A stretch of DNA of 64,000 nucleotides from a virus (lineage: Duplodnaviria; Caudoviricetes). The notes beneath the pieces were generated by a model, which saw nothing but the letters and a program-made list of their open reading frames with translations, was not told the DNA's origin and ran no database searches. How positions within the stretch are numbered: the stretch's first letter is position 1; each line of letters starts with the position of its first letter. Where the stretch lies: positions 1 through 64,000 of the IMG/VR virus record IMGVR_UViG_3300043447_000415, one strand, 5' to 3'. Below are positions 1 through 8,708 of the stretch, in pieces. The position numbers were made by a program, and so were the translations under genes.

Positions 1-687
1 GAGCGCCAGGCGTGCGGTGGCATAGAACTCCATCGCCTTGCCGCCAGGGGTGGTGCGCGGGTCGCCGTAGACCACACCGGGTTTGAGGCGCATCTGGTTC
101 AGGTACAGGAAGGTCGCGTTGAACTCCTCGCAGTGCTGAGCCATCGCCTTGAGTGTCGTGGAAGTGACGCGGGCCAGCGCCGTTGTGTCGTTCATCGTGT
201 ACTCGTCGATCTCCTTCTCAGCTTGCGACTTGGGCAACGCGGAGGCGATCGAGTCGAACACGAAGAGGATCGGGGCATCGGGCTTGATGACCTTGGACTC
301 ACGAATGATCTTGCAGGCTTTGGCAGCGGTGACGTTGCCCTCTTCCCAGGTCTTGGGCTTGCTGTAAAGCCAGTACGGGCGCTCGGACTTCAGACCGAAC
401 CCTTCGGCCAGACTCACATCGAACGAACGCTCCCAGTCGATGAAGCCAGCCACACCGCCCATCTTCTGAGCGTTGACCATCCATTGCGTGGCCAGGGCCG
501 TCTTACCAGTGGATGACTCGCCGAACATCTCCACCATGCGACCGAACGGCAGACCGCCGTCGTAGCGGCCGGACATGATCTTGTTCAGGGGTGGAAAGCC
601 AGTGTCGATGAAGTTGGTGACTTGTTGGCCATCGGCGTTGGGGCCGAGTTCCTTGTCGAGTGCTGAAATGAGGTCGGCTACGGACAT
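1..687 (-). CDS. recA: RecA/UvsX-family recombinase (3' end outside window)
   Basis: Not in ORF track; translated by hand from ATG at 687: MSVADLISALDKELG...FIDTGFPPLNKIMSG...GGLPFGRMVEMFGESSTGKT (Walker A)...GFIDWERSFD. Confidence 0.92.
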   Translation of the reverse strand, partial: MSVADLISALDKELGPNADGQQVTNFIDTGFPPLNKIMSGRYDGGLPFGRMVEMFGESSTGKTALATQWMVNAQKMGGVAGFIDWERSFDVSLAEGFGLKSERPYWLYSKPKTWEEGNVTAAKACKIIRESKVIKPDAPILFVFDSIASALPKSQAEKEIDEYTMNDTTALARVTSTTLKAMAQHCEEFNATFLYLNQMRLKPGVVYGDPRTTPGGKAMEFYATARLAL

Positions 688-690
688 GGT

Positions 691-864
691 TTATTCCTTG
701 ATGGTGAGAGAGGCTTCGAGGACTTCATGCTCTTCACTGCGCCACAACTGCTTGCGCCGCGCTTCAGCCTTGCCGCGAGTCGCGAACAGGTTGGGCGTGG
801 CGCCGGTGCCGTGTGGGTGCCAGTAGGTGCCGTCCTTGATGTGGCGAATGACGAAGTAGGTCAT
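691..864 (-). CDS. Small hypothetical protein (57 aa)
   Basis: MTYFVIRHIKDGTYWH..., fills the gap between exonuclease and recA exactly. Confidence 0.65.
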   Translation of the reverse strand: MTYFVIRHIKDGTYWHPHGTGATPNLFATRGKAEARRKQLWRSEEHEVLEASLTIKE

Positions 865-865
865 G

Positions 866-1765
866 TCAGCCTCCGAATGGTTGGGTGAAGTGGTCGATGT
901 TTTTGGTGATGCTGGCAAACGCCAGCTCGGCGCACAGGTCGTGGAACTTGTCCTTGTCGAATGCACCTTTGCGGACCTCGACAGCTTCGGCAGCCGGCTT
1001 GGTCACTTTGAGCAGTTGCATCATCTGGACGTTGCGGCGGTAGAGCGCACGGCCCTCGCCCTCGTACAGACTGACAAGTGCCTTCTTGGTGGGCGTGTAG
1101 GTGCCATCGGCACACTGACGCCAGAAGTTGCTGACCGATCCGAAGGTGGCCAGCAGATCGACAGCGCCCTTCTCCCCGATGCCACCGACACCCGAGATCA
1201 CGTCTGACGAGTCACCCTGAAGGCACTTGCCCTCGAGGAAGGCCAGCGGGGTCTTGTAGGCGGTCTTGTCGAAGAAGTTGGCGTGGTTGACGATCTTGGC
1301 GTCGTCGCGCATGTCGCGCCATGAAACGCCAGGTCGCACCAGTTGGAGCCAGTCCTGGTCGCCCGAGATCAGCACGATTTCATTGCCAGGTTTCTTGGTG
1401 AGCTCCGTCACCATGTAGCCCGCCATGTCATCGGCTTCGTGCGTCAGCACCCGCATCTGACGAACGCCCAACGGGTCGAGCATGTCTTTGATGAAGGGGG
1501 TTTGCTTTGCGTAGGCTTCCTTGATCGCGACCTTCTTGGGGTCGTTGCTCCGGTTGCTCTTGTAGGTGGGGCACAGCTTGAAGCGCCACTCAGCCTTGCC
1601 GTCCCACAGCACGATGGGCGTGGCGTCGGGGTAGGTCACGCGCAACTCCCGCATTGTCTTCACGAAGCCGAAGATCGCTTGAGTCTCCATGCCGCCCGAG
1701 TGCAGCTTGGTTGCGTACTGACAGGCGTAGCCGATGCTGTTGCCGTCGATGAGGAGGTATTTCAT
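866..1765 (-). CDS. 5'-3' exonuclease / flap endonuclease (RNase H, Pol I 5' nuclease family)
   Basis: LIDGNS, YKSNR, EADD, SGDQD, GDSSD..GVGGIG motifs. Confidence 0.92.
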   Translation of the reverse strand: MKYLLIDGNSIGYACQYATKLHSGGMETQAIFGFVKTMRELRVTYPDATPIVLWDGKAEWRFKLCPTYKSNRSNDPKKVAIKEAYAKQTPFIKDMLDPLGVRQMRVLTHEADDMAGYMVTELTKKPGNEIVLISGDQDWLQLVRPGVSWRDMRDDAKIVNHANFFDKTAYKTPLAFLEGKCLQGDSSDVISGVGGIGEKGAVDLLATFGSVSNFWRQCADGTYTPTKKALVSLYEGEGRALYRRNVQMMQLLKVTKPAAEAVEVRKGAFDKDKFHDLCAELAFASITKNIDHFTQPFGG

Positions 1766-1827
1766 GGGAAAGCAATGCCCAATCTGGGTACTGTCGTACC
1801 CAAACTGAGCATTTCCTCACTGGTGAG

Positions 1828-2628
1828 TTAGGCGAGGTCGCCGAGCAGGTCGTCCAGCTCTTCGTCGAGCGCGGGGCCAGGCTTGGCAGCCGGCTTGGCT
1901 CGTGCGACAGGTGCCGCATCTTCCACTTCGTCATGCGCCAGCGCGGGACGGGTGGTGGTGGGCTTGTCGTTGCCCAGAATGCCGGCAACGCTGTTGATCG
2001 CCGACAGTGCCTTGCGCTTTTGCTCGTCGCTTTCCATCTGCACGTACTCGTCCAGGTTGGTCAGCTTGGCGTAAGCAGCTTTGGGAACCGCTTGCTTCTT
2101 GGGGCTCACGCTCACGGCGTACTTGGTGTTCAGACCCTTGCCTTCGCGAGTGATCGTGAAGATTTGCGCCTCGTCCGGATCGAACATGGAGCCGGCCCAC
2201 TCTTCGACGGTATCCAGCAACTGACCGAAGGCAGTCGAACGAATCTCGAGGATTTGAGGGGTGTTGGGGTCTTCGCTGTCCAGTGCCAGCACGTTCATCA
2301 GGAACGAACGACCAGCTTTGGCCTTCTTCAGCAGTTCAACGGTCTCGTCGTCCGTTGCGGCGTGCTGGGCGCGGTTCAGACCATCGCAGATCGGGCATGC
2401 TTTGCCATAGATCGCTTCGTTGCAGGGGTAGACGGCTTGGATTTCGTCGGCAGCGTTCTTGATGTAGTGCTGGCCGAAGTCGTGATACCAGACATGCTCT
2501 TCGCCCGCACGCCATCCAGGCATGAGGATGTAGCGGTTAGAGCCGGGTTGAGGCTTGATCGTCTTGTCTTTCGACTTGAGAGCGGCCTTTTTCTGTTTCA
2601 TCAGGTCGAGAAGTTTGGAGGTATCCAT
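1828..2628 (-). CDS. Single-stranded DNA-binding protein, T4 gp32-like
   Basis: HY..C...CPICD zinc-type motif, aromatic-rich core, acidic C-terminal tail (EELDDLLGDLA), located in recombination cluster. Confidence 0.7.
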   Translation of the reverse strand: MDTSKLLDLMKQKKAALKSKDKTIKPQPGSNRYILMPGWRAGEEHVWYHDFGQHYIKNAADEIQAVYPCNEAIYGKACPICDGLNRAQHAATDDETVELLKKAKAGRSFLMNVLALDSEDPNTPQILEIRSTAFGQLLDTVEEWAGSMFDPDEAQIFTITREGKGLNTKYAVSVSPKKQAVPKAAYAKLTNLDEYVQMESDEQKRKALSAINSVAGILGNDKPTTTRPALAHDEVEDAAPVARAKPAAKPGPALDEELDDLLGDLA

Positions 2629-2733
2629 TTGGTAAGTTCCAGGTTGGTTGAGGTTTAGTGCCTTAGACGTTCGTCAATCAGCACAGTCATTATAGTCACC
2701 CATGACGTATCCGCACACGGGGAACCACAATTT

Positions 2734-3567
2734 TTATTGAACGCCACGACCGTTCTTGAAGGCGGCTCTTGCACGCTCGGCAATGGACTCGCGCTCGTCC
2801 TGAGCGGCCAGCATTCGCACGCCGCCTTTGAATTCTTCGCGGCGATCGGCACCCAGTTGCACCATCATGTCCTTGCGATCCGAGAGGGAGATCACCAGCG
2901 ACTTGTTGATGGCGGCGATGGTGTCGGCCTCGATGACGGTGTTCTTGCCCTTCAACCAGCGCGGGTCGAGCTTCACGGCGTTTTCCACCATCTTCTCAGT
3001 GACCTTCTCAGTGCCGGCCGCCAGCGCCTTGCGGTGCTCGTCGTAGAGCTTGGCTTCCAGAACCTCGAAACGCACCTTCAGGCGGGCGTGTTGAGCTTCG
3101 GCTTGGGCTGCTTGCGAACCGTAGAAGGCGCGAAGACCCGACTGCTCCATCATCGCGGCGTCCAGCGTCGCTTCCGTGAGCTTGGTGTCGCGGTTGAACG
3201 ACTGAACGTCCACGTAGAAGTTGAGCTTCTGGCCAGGTGCCTTCTCGCTCGTCTCGGGAACATCCGCGCTCACCTCGATCTCCACCTCGGCGCCAGGCAG
3301 TACGCGACGCTCCACCTCGACAGCCGGCTCGGCGGCGGCAGGTTCAGGTTCGGGTTCGACGACCTTGGGCTTCTTCGGCGCTGGTGCTTCCTTGACAGGT
3401 TCAGCGACCGGCTCGGGAGCGGGCTCAGGTTCGGGCACTGGCACGGGCTTTGGAGCGGGTGCAGGTACGGGGGTCGGCGCGGCGGCCGTCATCTTGGTTT
3501 GCTCCGCTTCGAGTTCGTCGAGCAGGGCTGCGATCTCCAGATCGTCCATAGCGATTTCGGTGGTCAT
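2734..3567 (-). CDS. UvsY-like recombination mediator with Pro/Glu-rich N-terminal extension
   Basis: Helical C-terminal half (LEAKLYDEHRK...KVTEKMVENAVKLDPRW...SLSDRKDMMVQLG) resembles the UvsY family; sits next to gp32-like and recA genes. Confidence 0.5.
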   Translation of the reverse strand: MTTEIAMDDLEIAALLDELEAEQTKMTAAAPTPVPAPAPKPVPVPEPEPAPEPVAEPVKEAPAPKKPKVVEPEPEPAAAEPAVEVERRVLPGAEVEIEVSADVPETSEKAPGQKLNFYVDVQSFNRDTKLTEATLDAAMMEQSGLRAFYGSQAAQAEAQHARLKVRFEVLEAKLYDEHRKALAAGTEKVTEKMVENAVKLDPRWLKGKNTVIEADTIAAINKSLVISLSDRKDMMVQLGADRREEFKGGVRMLAAQDERESIAERARAAFKNGRGVQ

Positions 3568-3604
3568 AGGTTTCTCCAGTTGTCAAAAAATTGCTGACGG
3601 TTTG

Positions 3605-3647
3605 ATGTTAGCGTCAAGTTTCAGGGGTTTGAAGTCATTATTGACTT
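3605..3647 (-). promoter_or_regulatory. Promoter TTCAAA-N17-TAACAT with perfect operator 3632-3647
   Basis: -10 at 3605-3610, -35 at 3628-3633, AAGTCA TTAT TGACTT. Confidence 0.6.
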
Positions 3648-3652
3648 ATACG

Positions 3653-6600
3653 TCAGGAGAGAATGTCGGCAACTTGTGCAAACACTCCATCCAGAACTTC
3701 TTGCTTGTCAGGATCGAAGTGAACCTGCTGGGCGTTGATGCCGCAAACGATCGTGGCATCCAGCGCGGGGTCGTAGAACGTCTTGCCGATCACCTCGGTC
3801 ACGCCGCCCTTCAACCCCGGTACGAAGCGCTTGATCGAGGCTGAGCCGAGCGCGACGATGACGGCGGGCTTGATGAGCTCCAACTCGCGGTTGAGCCACT
3901 GCGAGCACCCATTGATCTGACCGTTGGTGAGGAACTTGTCGCTCTTCTTGGCTTTGACCAGCGTGGTGTAGTAGCCCTCAGCGGCGCTCAGACCCGCTTT
4001 GGCAATTGCCGACTTGATGCACAGCGCCGAGTCACCCTCGAGCAGCTTGTCTTTCTTCTCCTCCTGCCAGGTCGGGCAGTCCGAGACGACCATGAATTTC
4101 ACCGTGGTCTTGGCACGCACTGTCGGGTGCGGGGTCTCCTTCAGGTCGCAGTCGGAGCACTTCTTGTAGTCCTGAATCAGGTGGATCACCTTCGAGCGCA
4201 GGAACTTCTCCGAGAGATCAGTGGTGCGGTCGGCCTTGACGGCGTCGATGATGAGCCCAGGCATCAGCTCCATCTGGTCTTTGCGGCGGCTGAAGTGCTT
4301 GGGGCCGTGCGAGCCAGGCTCGATCAGCGCAAGCGCCCCAACCCGTTGCAGGTTCTCGACCGCCTTCGAGTTGACCTTGGAGCCTGGTGCGCCGGCTGCC
4401 AGCTCGAACTCCAGCGGCGTGTCGAAGCGACCCTTGACGACTGAGGTATCCATTTCCCACACGTCTTCGGTGGTGCCGTCTCGTTTCTTCTTCACGCGGG
4501 CTACCCTCCACTCTCCGTTGGCTTCGCGCAGCTCCACGATCCGCTGTGCGGTGTTCTCGGAGATGCCTTTGACGGCACTGAACGGAGCCAGGATCGTCTT
4601 GTCGTTCGGAATGGTGTAGCGGTGGCTCGAGAGGTTGATGTCGGGTGGGCTGACCTCGATGCCAGCTTCTCGCGCATCCTTGACCAGACCGGGGAGCTTC
4701 TCCTCATCCACGATCGACATGCAGGCGGCGAAGTATTCGGCGGGGTAGTTCACCCGCAGCCACATCGTCCAGTAGCTGATGATGGAGTATTCGACGGCGT
4801 GAGAGCGGTTGAAACCGTAACCGGCGAATGCCTCGATCTTGTCGAAGATGGAGCCGCCCGTGCGATCGTCCAGGCCCGACTTCTCCTTGCACCCGTCGAT
4901 CCACTTCTGGCGCATCTCCGCCATCTTGTCTTTGTCTTTCTTGCCCATCGCCTTGCGAAGATGGTCGGCTTCTGCGCGAGTAAAGCCAGCAAGATCGACG
5001 GCGGTCTGCATGACCTGTTCCTGATAGACGATCACGCCGAACGTGGCTTCGAGCGCCGCCTCCATGTTGGGGTGGTCGTAGGTCGGAGCACGAATGCCCT
5101 GCTTGATCGCCACGTAGTCGTCGAGCAGACCTGAGTCCATCGGGCCGGGTCGGTAGAGCGCGGTTGCGGCGGTGATGTCCTCGAAGGTCAGTTGACCGCC
5201 CACCGCCAGGTCGCGAAGGAGCTTGCGCATCCCCGGTGACTCGAACTGGAAGACGCCAGTGGTGTCGCCCCGACCGAACGCATCCATCACGTCCGGTGCC
5301 TCGAAGGGCAGCTTCAGGTAATCGACCTCGATGCCGTGCCGGTCTCGGATGTAGCCCTTCGCGATCTCCATCACGTCGAGCGTGGACAGGCCCAAGATGT
5401 CCATCTTGACCAAGCCCCAGTCTTCGACCGTCCGCTTGTCCCAGTTGGTGACGGGCGAGTCCGATCGGGTCTCGATCACGGCGCGGTTGACCAGCGGTTC
5501 GCCTGCGACCACCACACCAGCGGCGTGTCGGCCAAAAGCTCTCATTGCACCCTCAAGATGCAGTGCGTGGTTCCAAATCTCAGGTTGCTCGTCCTTGAAC
5601 TTGTCGATCTCCGGCACCGCTTTCGCGGCTTCGGTCAACGTGAACGACTGACCATGCTCTTTCGGGACGAGTTTTGTAGCGGTCAACTCGATGCCATTGA
5701 GACCGTACATGCGACCAGTGTCACGAAGCGCACTGGCGCTCGCAAGCGTCGAATAATTCGAGATTCCTGCCACGCGGTCTGCACCGTACTTGGCGGTCAG
5801 GTACTCGATAACCATGTGTCGCTTGGACGACATGAAGTCAAGGTCGGCGTCAGGCAAGTCCAGACGCTCGGGGTTGATGAAACGCTCGAAGAGGAGGTTG
5901 AAGCGGATCGGGTCAACGTCGGTGATGCCGATCAGGTAGGCAACCAGCGAGCCGCCCACCGAACCACGGCCTGGCCCCACGATGATGCCGTTGGTCTTGG
6001 CCCACATGACCAAGTCCTCGACCAGCAGAAAGTAGCCAGCAAAGCCCATCTTCTTCAGCACCGACAACTCGTAGGCGAGACGGTCCTGATAGACTTTGAT
6101 TTCGGTGTTGTCGGGCTTGTGACCAAGAATCTCGGTGCCGAAGCGCTTGGTCCAGCCTGCGATGCACTTCTTGCCGAGCGTGACGAACTCGTTGTCGGCC
6201 ATCTTGGGCAGCGACACTGGATGTTTCTGGAAGGTGTAGTTGCACTTGGCGACCAGCTTCTCGATGTTCTCCAGCCCCTCGACCCAGTACGCAGGTGGCC
6301 CCTTGTGTGCCCACTTGTGAACGCGACCGGCAGCGGCCTTGACTCGGGCGACGAGGTGACGCGGCTCGTGGATGTAGAAGTCCTTCACGTACTGCACCGA
6401 GCGGTAGCGGACATCCATCTTGGTGTTGGTCGTGATGCACTTCAGAACCTCCAGCGAGTCAGCGGAGGCTGCATCGCGGTAGAAGGCGGGGTACGTGACC
6501 AGTGTCGGCATGTCCTGCAACTGCGCGACCTTCATTGCCTTGCCGTTCAGGGTGTCGAAGAGCGGCGTGTCGATGGGCGCGAGCTCCGAGTAGACGTTGT

Positions 6601-7102
6601 CCCTGCCGAAGCGGTTCTGAAGGGCGTCGATGATGATCGAGGCGTTCTCCAGGTGGTAGATGTTGAACAGGTCGCCTGTCGAGACGAGCACGTCCTCGAG
6701 CTCCAGCACCTCGTCGAGCCCGACCCTGGCGTGGTAGTAGAAGTAATCCTCGCTGTACGCTTTGGAGAGCAGCTTCATCAGTCCGGTGACGCCTTTGTCA
6801 CCCGTGACGTAGACCTTCAGCATGAACATTGGATTGGGCTTCTCGCGCTCGCCCGATGCTTTCGGTGGCTTGCGGTAGGTCGGGTCTTCGACCACACGGA
6901 TGCGGCAACCGATGATGGGCTTCAGACCCGCCTTCTTGCACTTGTTACTGAAGTCCACGAGACCGTGGATCGACATCGTGTCCATCAGCGTCACGGACTC
7001 GTAGCCCTTGTCTTTGGCATCGGCAATGAGGTGGTCGATCTGGAGCATCGATTCGCTGATGCTGAAGTCGCTCCTCGAGCCGAGCAGGTGGTTCAAATTC
7101 AT
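3653..7102 (-). CDS. dnaE: DNA polymerase III alpha subunit with C-terminal uracil-DNA-glycosylase-like fold
   Basis: PHP-like N-terminus, GPGRGSVGGSLVAYLIGIT, PDADLDF, KMDILGL, YRPGP, GYGFNRSHA; last ~170 aa CSDCDL...NRELELIKPAVIVALGS resemble family-4 UDG; start taken at MNLNHL. Confidence 0.95.
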   Translation of the reverse strand: MNLNHLLGSRSDFSISESMLQIDHLIADAKDKGYESVTLMDTMSIHGLVDFSNKCKKAGLKPIIGCRIRVVEDPTYRKPPKASGEREKPNPMFMLKVYVTGDKGVTGLMKLLSKAYSEDYFYYHARVGLDEVLELEDVLVSTGDLFNIYHLENASIIIDALQNRFGRDNVYSELAPIDTPLFDTLNGKAMKVAQLQDMPTLVTYPAFYRDAASADSLEVLKCITTNTKMDVRYRSVQYVKDFYIHEPRHLVARVKAAAGRVHKWAHKGPPAYWVEGLENIEKLVAKCNYTFQKHPVSLPKMADNEFVTLGKKCIAGWTKRFGTEILGHKPDNTEIKVYQDRLAYELSVLKKMGFAGYFLLVEDLVMWAKTNGIIVGPGRGSVGGSLVAYLIGITDVDPIRFNLLFERFINPERLDLPDADLDFMSSKRHMVIEYLTAKYGADRVAGISNYSTLASASALRDTGRMYGLNGIELTATKLVPKEHGQSFTLTEAAKAVPEIDKFKDEQPEIWNHALHLEGAMRAFGRHAAGVVVAGEPLVNRAVIETRSDSPVTNWDKRTVEDWGLVKMDILGLSTLDVMEIAKGYIRDRHGIEVDYLKLPFEAPDVMDAFGRGDTTGVFQFESPGMRKLLRDLAVGGQLTFEDITAATALYRPGPMDSGLLDDYVAIKQGIRAPTYDHPNMEAALEATFGVIVYQEQVMQTAVDLAGFTRAEADHLRKAMGKKDKDKMAEMRQKWIDGCKEKSGLDDRTGGSIFDKIEAFAGYGFNRSHAVEYSIISYWTMWLRVNYPAEYFAACMSIVDEEKLPGLVKDAREAGIEVSPPDINLSSHRYTIPNDKTILAPFSAVKGISENTAQRIVELREANGEWRVARVKKKRDGTTEDVWEMDTSVVKGRFDTPLEFELAAGAPGSKVNSKAVENLQRVGALALIEPGSHGPKHFSRRKDQMELMPGLIIDAVKADRTTDLSEKFLRSKVIHLIQDYKKCSDCDLKETPHPTVRAKTTVKFMVVSDCPTWQEEKKDKLLEGDSALCIKSAIAKAGLSAAEGYYTTLVKAKKSDKFLTNGQINGCSQWLNRELELIKPAVIVALGSASIKRFVPGLKGGVTEVIGKTFYDPALDATIVCGINAQQVHFDPDKQEVLDGVFAQVADILS

Positions 7103-7338
7103 TCTTCTTCCTTGTCTGGAACGTAGCGTTCCCAAATAACGATCCAGTGCCCATTCACATTCTCGGAGCTCGACTGCGCGTAGGGCGTGCTGTGCGCGCC
7201 ACCGTAGCTGATCGAGTGGCTTACCGAGTTGTTTGTTGCCACATACTTCGCGTCCCTGAATCGAAAGCCGATCGGGGCGGTCAGCAATTGCGGCAGGCTT
7301 GGTCCGTAGTAAGTGGTGGTCTGGTACTCATACGACAT
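7099..7338 (-). CDS. Small hypothetical protein
   Basis: ORF whose stop overlaps the dnaE start (ATGA-type coupling). Confidence 0.55.
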   Translation of the reverse strand: MSYEYQTTTYYGPSLPQLLTAPIGFRFRDAKYVATNNSVSHSISYGGAHSTPYAQSSSENVNGHWIVIWERYVPDKEEE

Positions 7339-8029
7339 TATCACCGACCGATCTAGGGATCAGTGCGTACCCTTCGTCTGTTTCGATGGCAATACCGAAG
7401 GCAACCAGCACGGGAGGAACGATGCCCAGGTGAGAGCTGGCGGTGCGCTCGTCCCAGGGCTGCTTGTTGCCCAGGCGCTTCATGAATTCCTTCTTGAGCG
7501 CGGCTTTCGTGATTGAACCCGCCACCAGTGCCTCACACACGATGAACTCGTGGTTGAGCTTCTGAGAGGCGAATGGGTTGCGTCGAGCGGCGAGCTCCGC
7601 ACGGATGTGCTCCAACTGACCTTTGCTGACCCACTTGGTCGCAAGCTCCCGAGCATTCTTCTGCGGGATCGCCTTGATGATCGCTTCCTGATCCAGCGTC
7701 ACCTCGGTGGTCGTCTCTTGCCTGGGCGCCTTGCGCTCGACCTTCTGTTCGGGCTTGCGAACTGAAGGCATGAACTTCGAGTAGTCGGGCTTGACTGCGG
7801 GTACTTCGGCGCGGTCAGCGCTCGATGCCCTGGCCTGTCGGTGACGAGCGAGGATGTCCTCGATGTTGATCTTGTCGCGCAACGCCTTGAGCGTCTCGAT
7901 GCAGGCGGTGCCGCACGAGTCAAAGGCGGGACAGCTCTGGCAGATCGCTGAGTCCTGGCTGAAGACGCTGGGTGATGCGTAGCAGCCTGGCGCGATGGGG
8001 TTGGTGAGCGTTTCGCTGATGGATTCCAT
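7328..8029 (-). CDS. Hypothetical protein with N-terminal Cys cluster
   Basis: GCY...CQSCPAFDSCGTAC; start chosen at MESISE directly after the upstream TGA. Confidence 0.7.
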   Translation of the reverse strand: MESISETLTNPIAPGCYASPSVFSQDSAICQSCPAFDSCGTACIETLKALRDKINIEDILARHRQARASSADRAEVPAVKPDYSKFMPSVRKPEQKVERKAPRQETTTEVTLDQEAIIKAIPQKNARELATKWVSKGQLEHIRAELAARRNPFASQKLNHEFIVCEALVAGSITKAALKKEFMKRLGNKQPWDERTASSHLGIVPPVLVAFGIAIETDEGYALIPRSVGDNVV

Positions 8030-8030
8030 A

Positions 8031-8708
8031 TCAGGCTCCGATAAAGAGTTTCGCTTCCGAGTAGCGGATTTCTTCAATCTCTTTCAGCGCTTTGGCGACT
8101 TCAGGCTGGCTGACATCGGAGATCATGCTGATGAAGCTGGCGATGTAGCGTGGGCTGACTTGCACCATGCACCGAGAGTTGTGGCCCATTGAGCGACCGT
8201 ACTCCGCGTAGTGTTGCGCCTTGTGGACTTCGGTCATAACTTCGTGCGGAGGCGCGATCGACCACTCGAGGATCAATCCAGCCAGCGGCGAAATCGTCTT
8301 GACCATGTGCTCAAGAAGTTCCGTGACCCGGTAGCTGGACTCTGGGTCGGCAGACGGATCGGCGTAGTCCTGCATGATGCTGCTCAGGTCGGCGTCTTCG
8401 CCGTCACCGGCCGCCTGACTGAGCTCCTCAATGCTGACTACGCCATACTTCAGACGCTCCTCGATCAGGCCCTGCGCCCAACGGTTCAAGCGGTTGTAGG
8501 CGCACATGAAGTAGTAGGTGGAGAACTTGAACCCTTTTGACTCGTCGAACCCCTCGAATGCTTTGAGGAACACGATCGACATCTCCTGAAACACGTCCTC
8601 GTAGTCGATGACGACTTTAGCCGTTGCCAGACGACTGAAGCCCTTCCTCGATACAGCGTGGACGAGCCCCATGTTGGCCTTGTAGAAGTCGGCCGATGTC
8701 ATGTTCAA
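8031..8708 (-). CDS. Phage sigma70-family-like factor
   Basis: Region 2 signature NMGLVHAVSRK...YEDVFQEMSIVFLKAFEGFDESKGFKFSTY; acidic region-3-like linker; divergent region 4. Confidence 0.75.
   Translation of the reverse strand: MNMTSADFYKANMGLVHAVSRKGFSRLATAKVVIDYEDVFQEMSIVFLKAFEGFDESKGFKFSTYYFMCAYNRLNRWAQGLIEERLKYGVVSIEELSQAAGDGEDADLSSIMQDYADPSADPESSYRVTELLEHMVKTISPLAGLILEWSIAPPHEVMTEVHKAQHYAEYGRSMGHNSRCMVQVSPRYIASFISMISDVSQPEVAKALKEIEEIRYSEAKLFIGA

Noticed and set aside
3653-7102. Intein or intron in dnaE, terL or helicase
   Set aside because: Motif spacing and lengths look continuous; no C/S...HN intein ends or LAGLIDADG motifs noticed
5336-7126. Long plus-strand ORFs (also 10022-11200, 29047-30684, 44372-46267, 56581-58203 and others)
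   Set aside because: Antisense shadows of high-GC minus-strand genes, with no recognisable motifs or RBS
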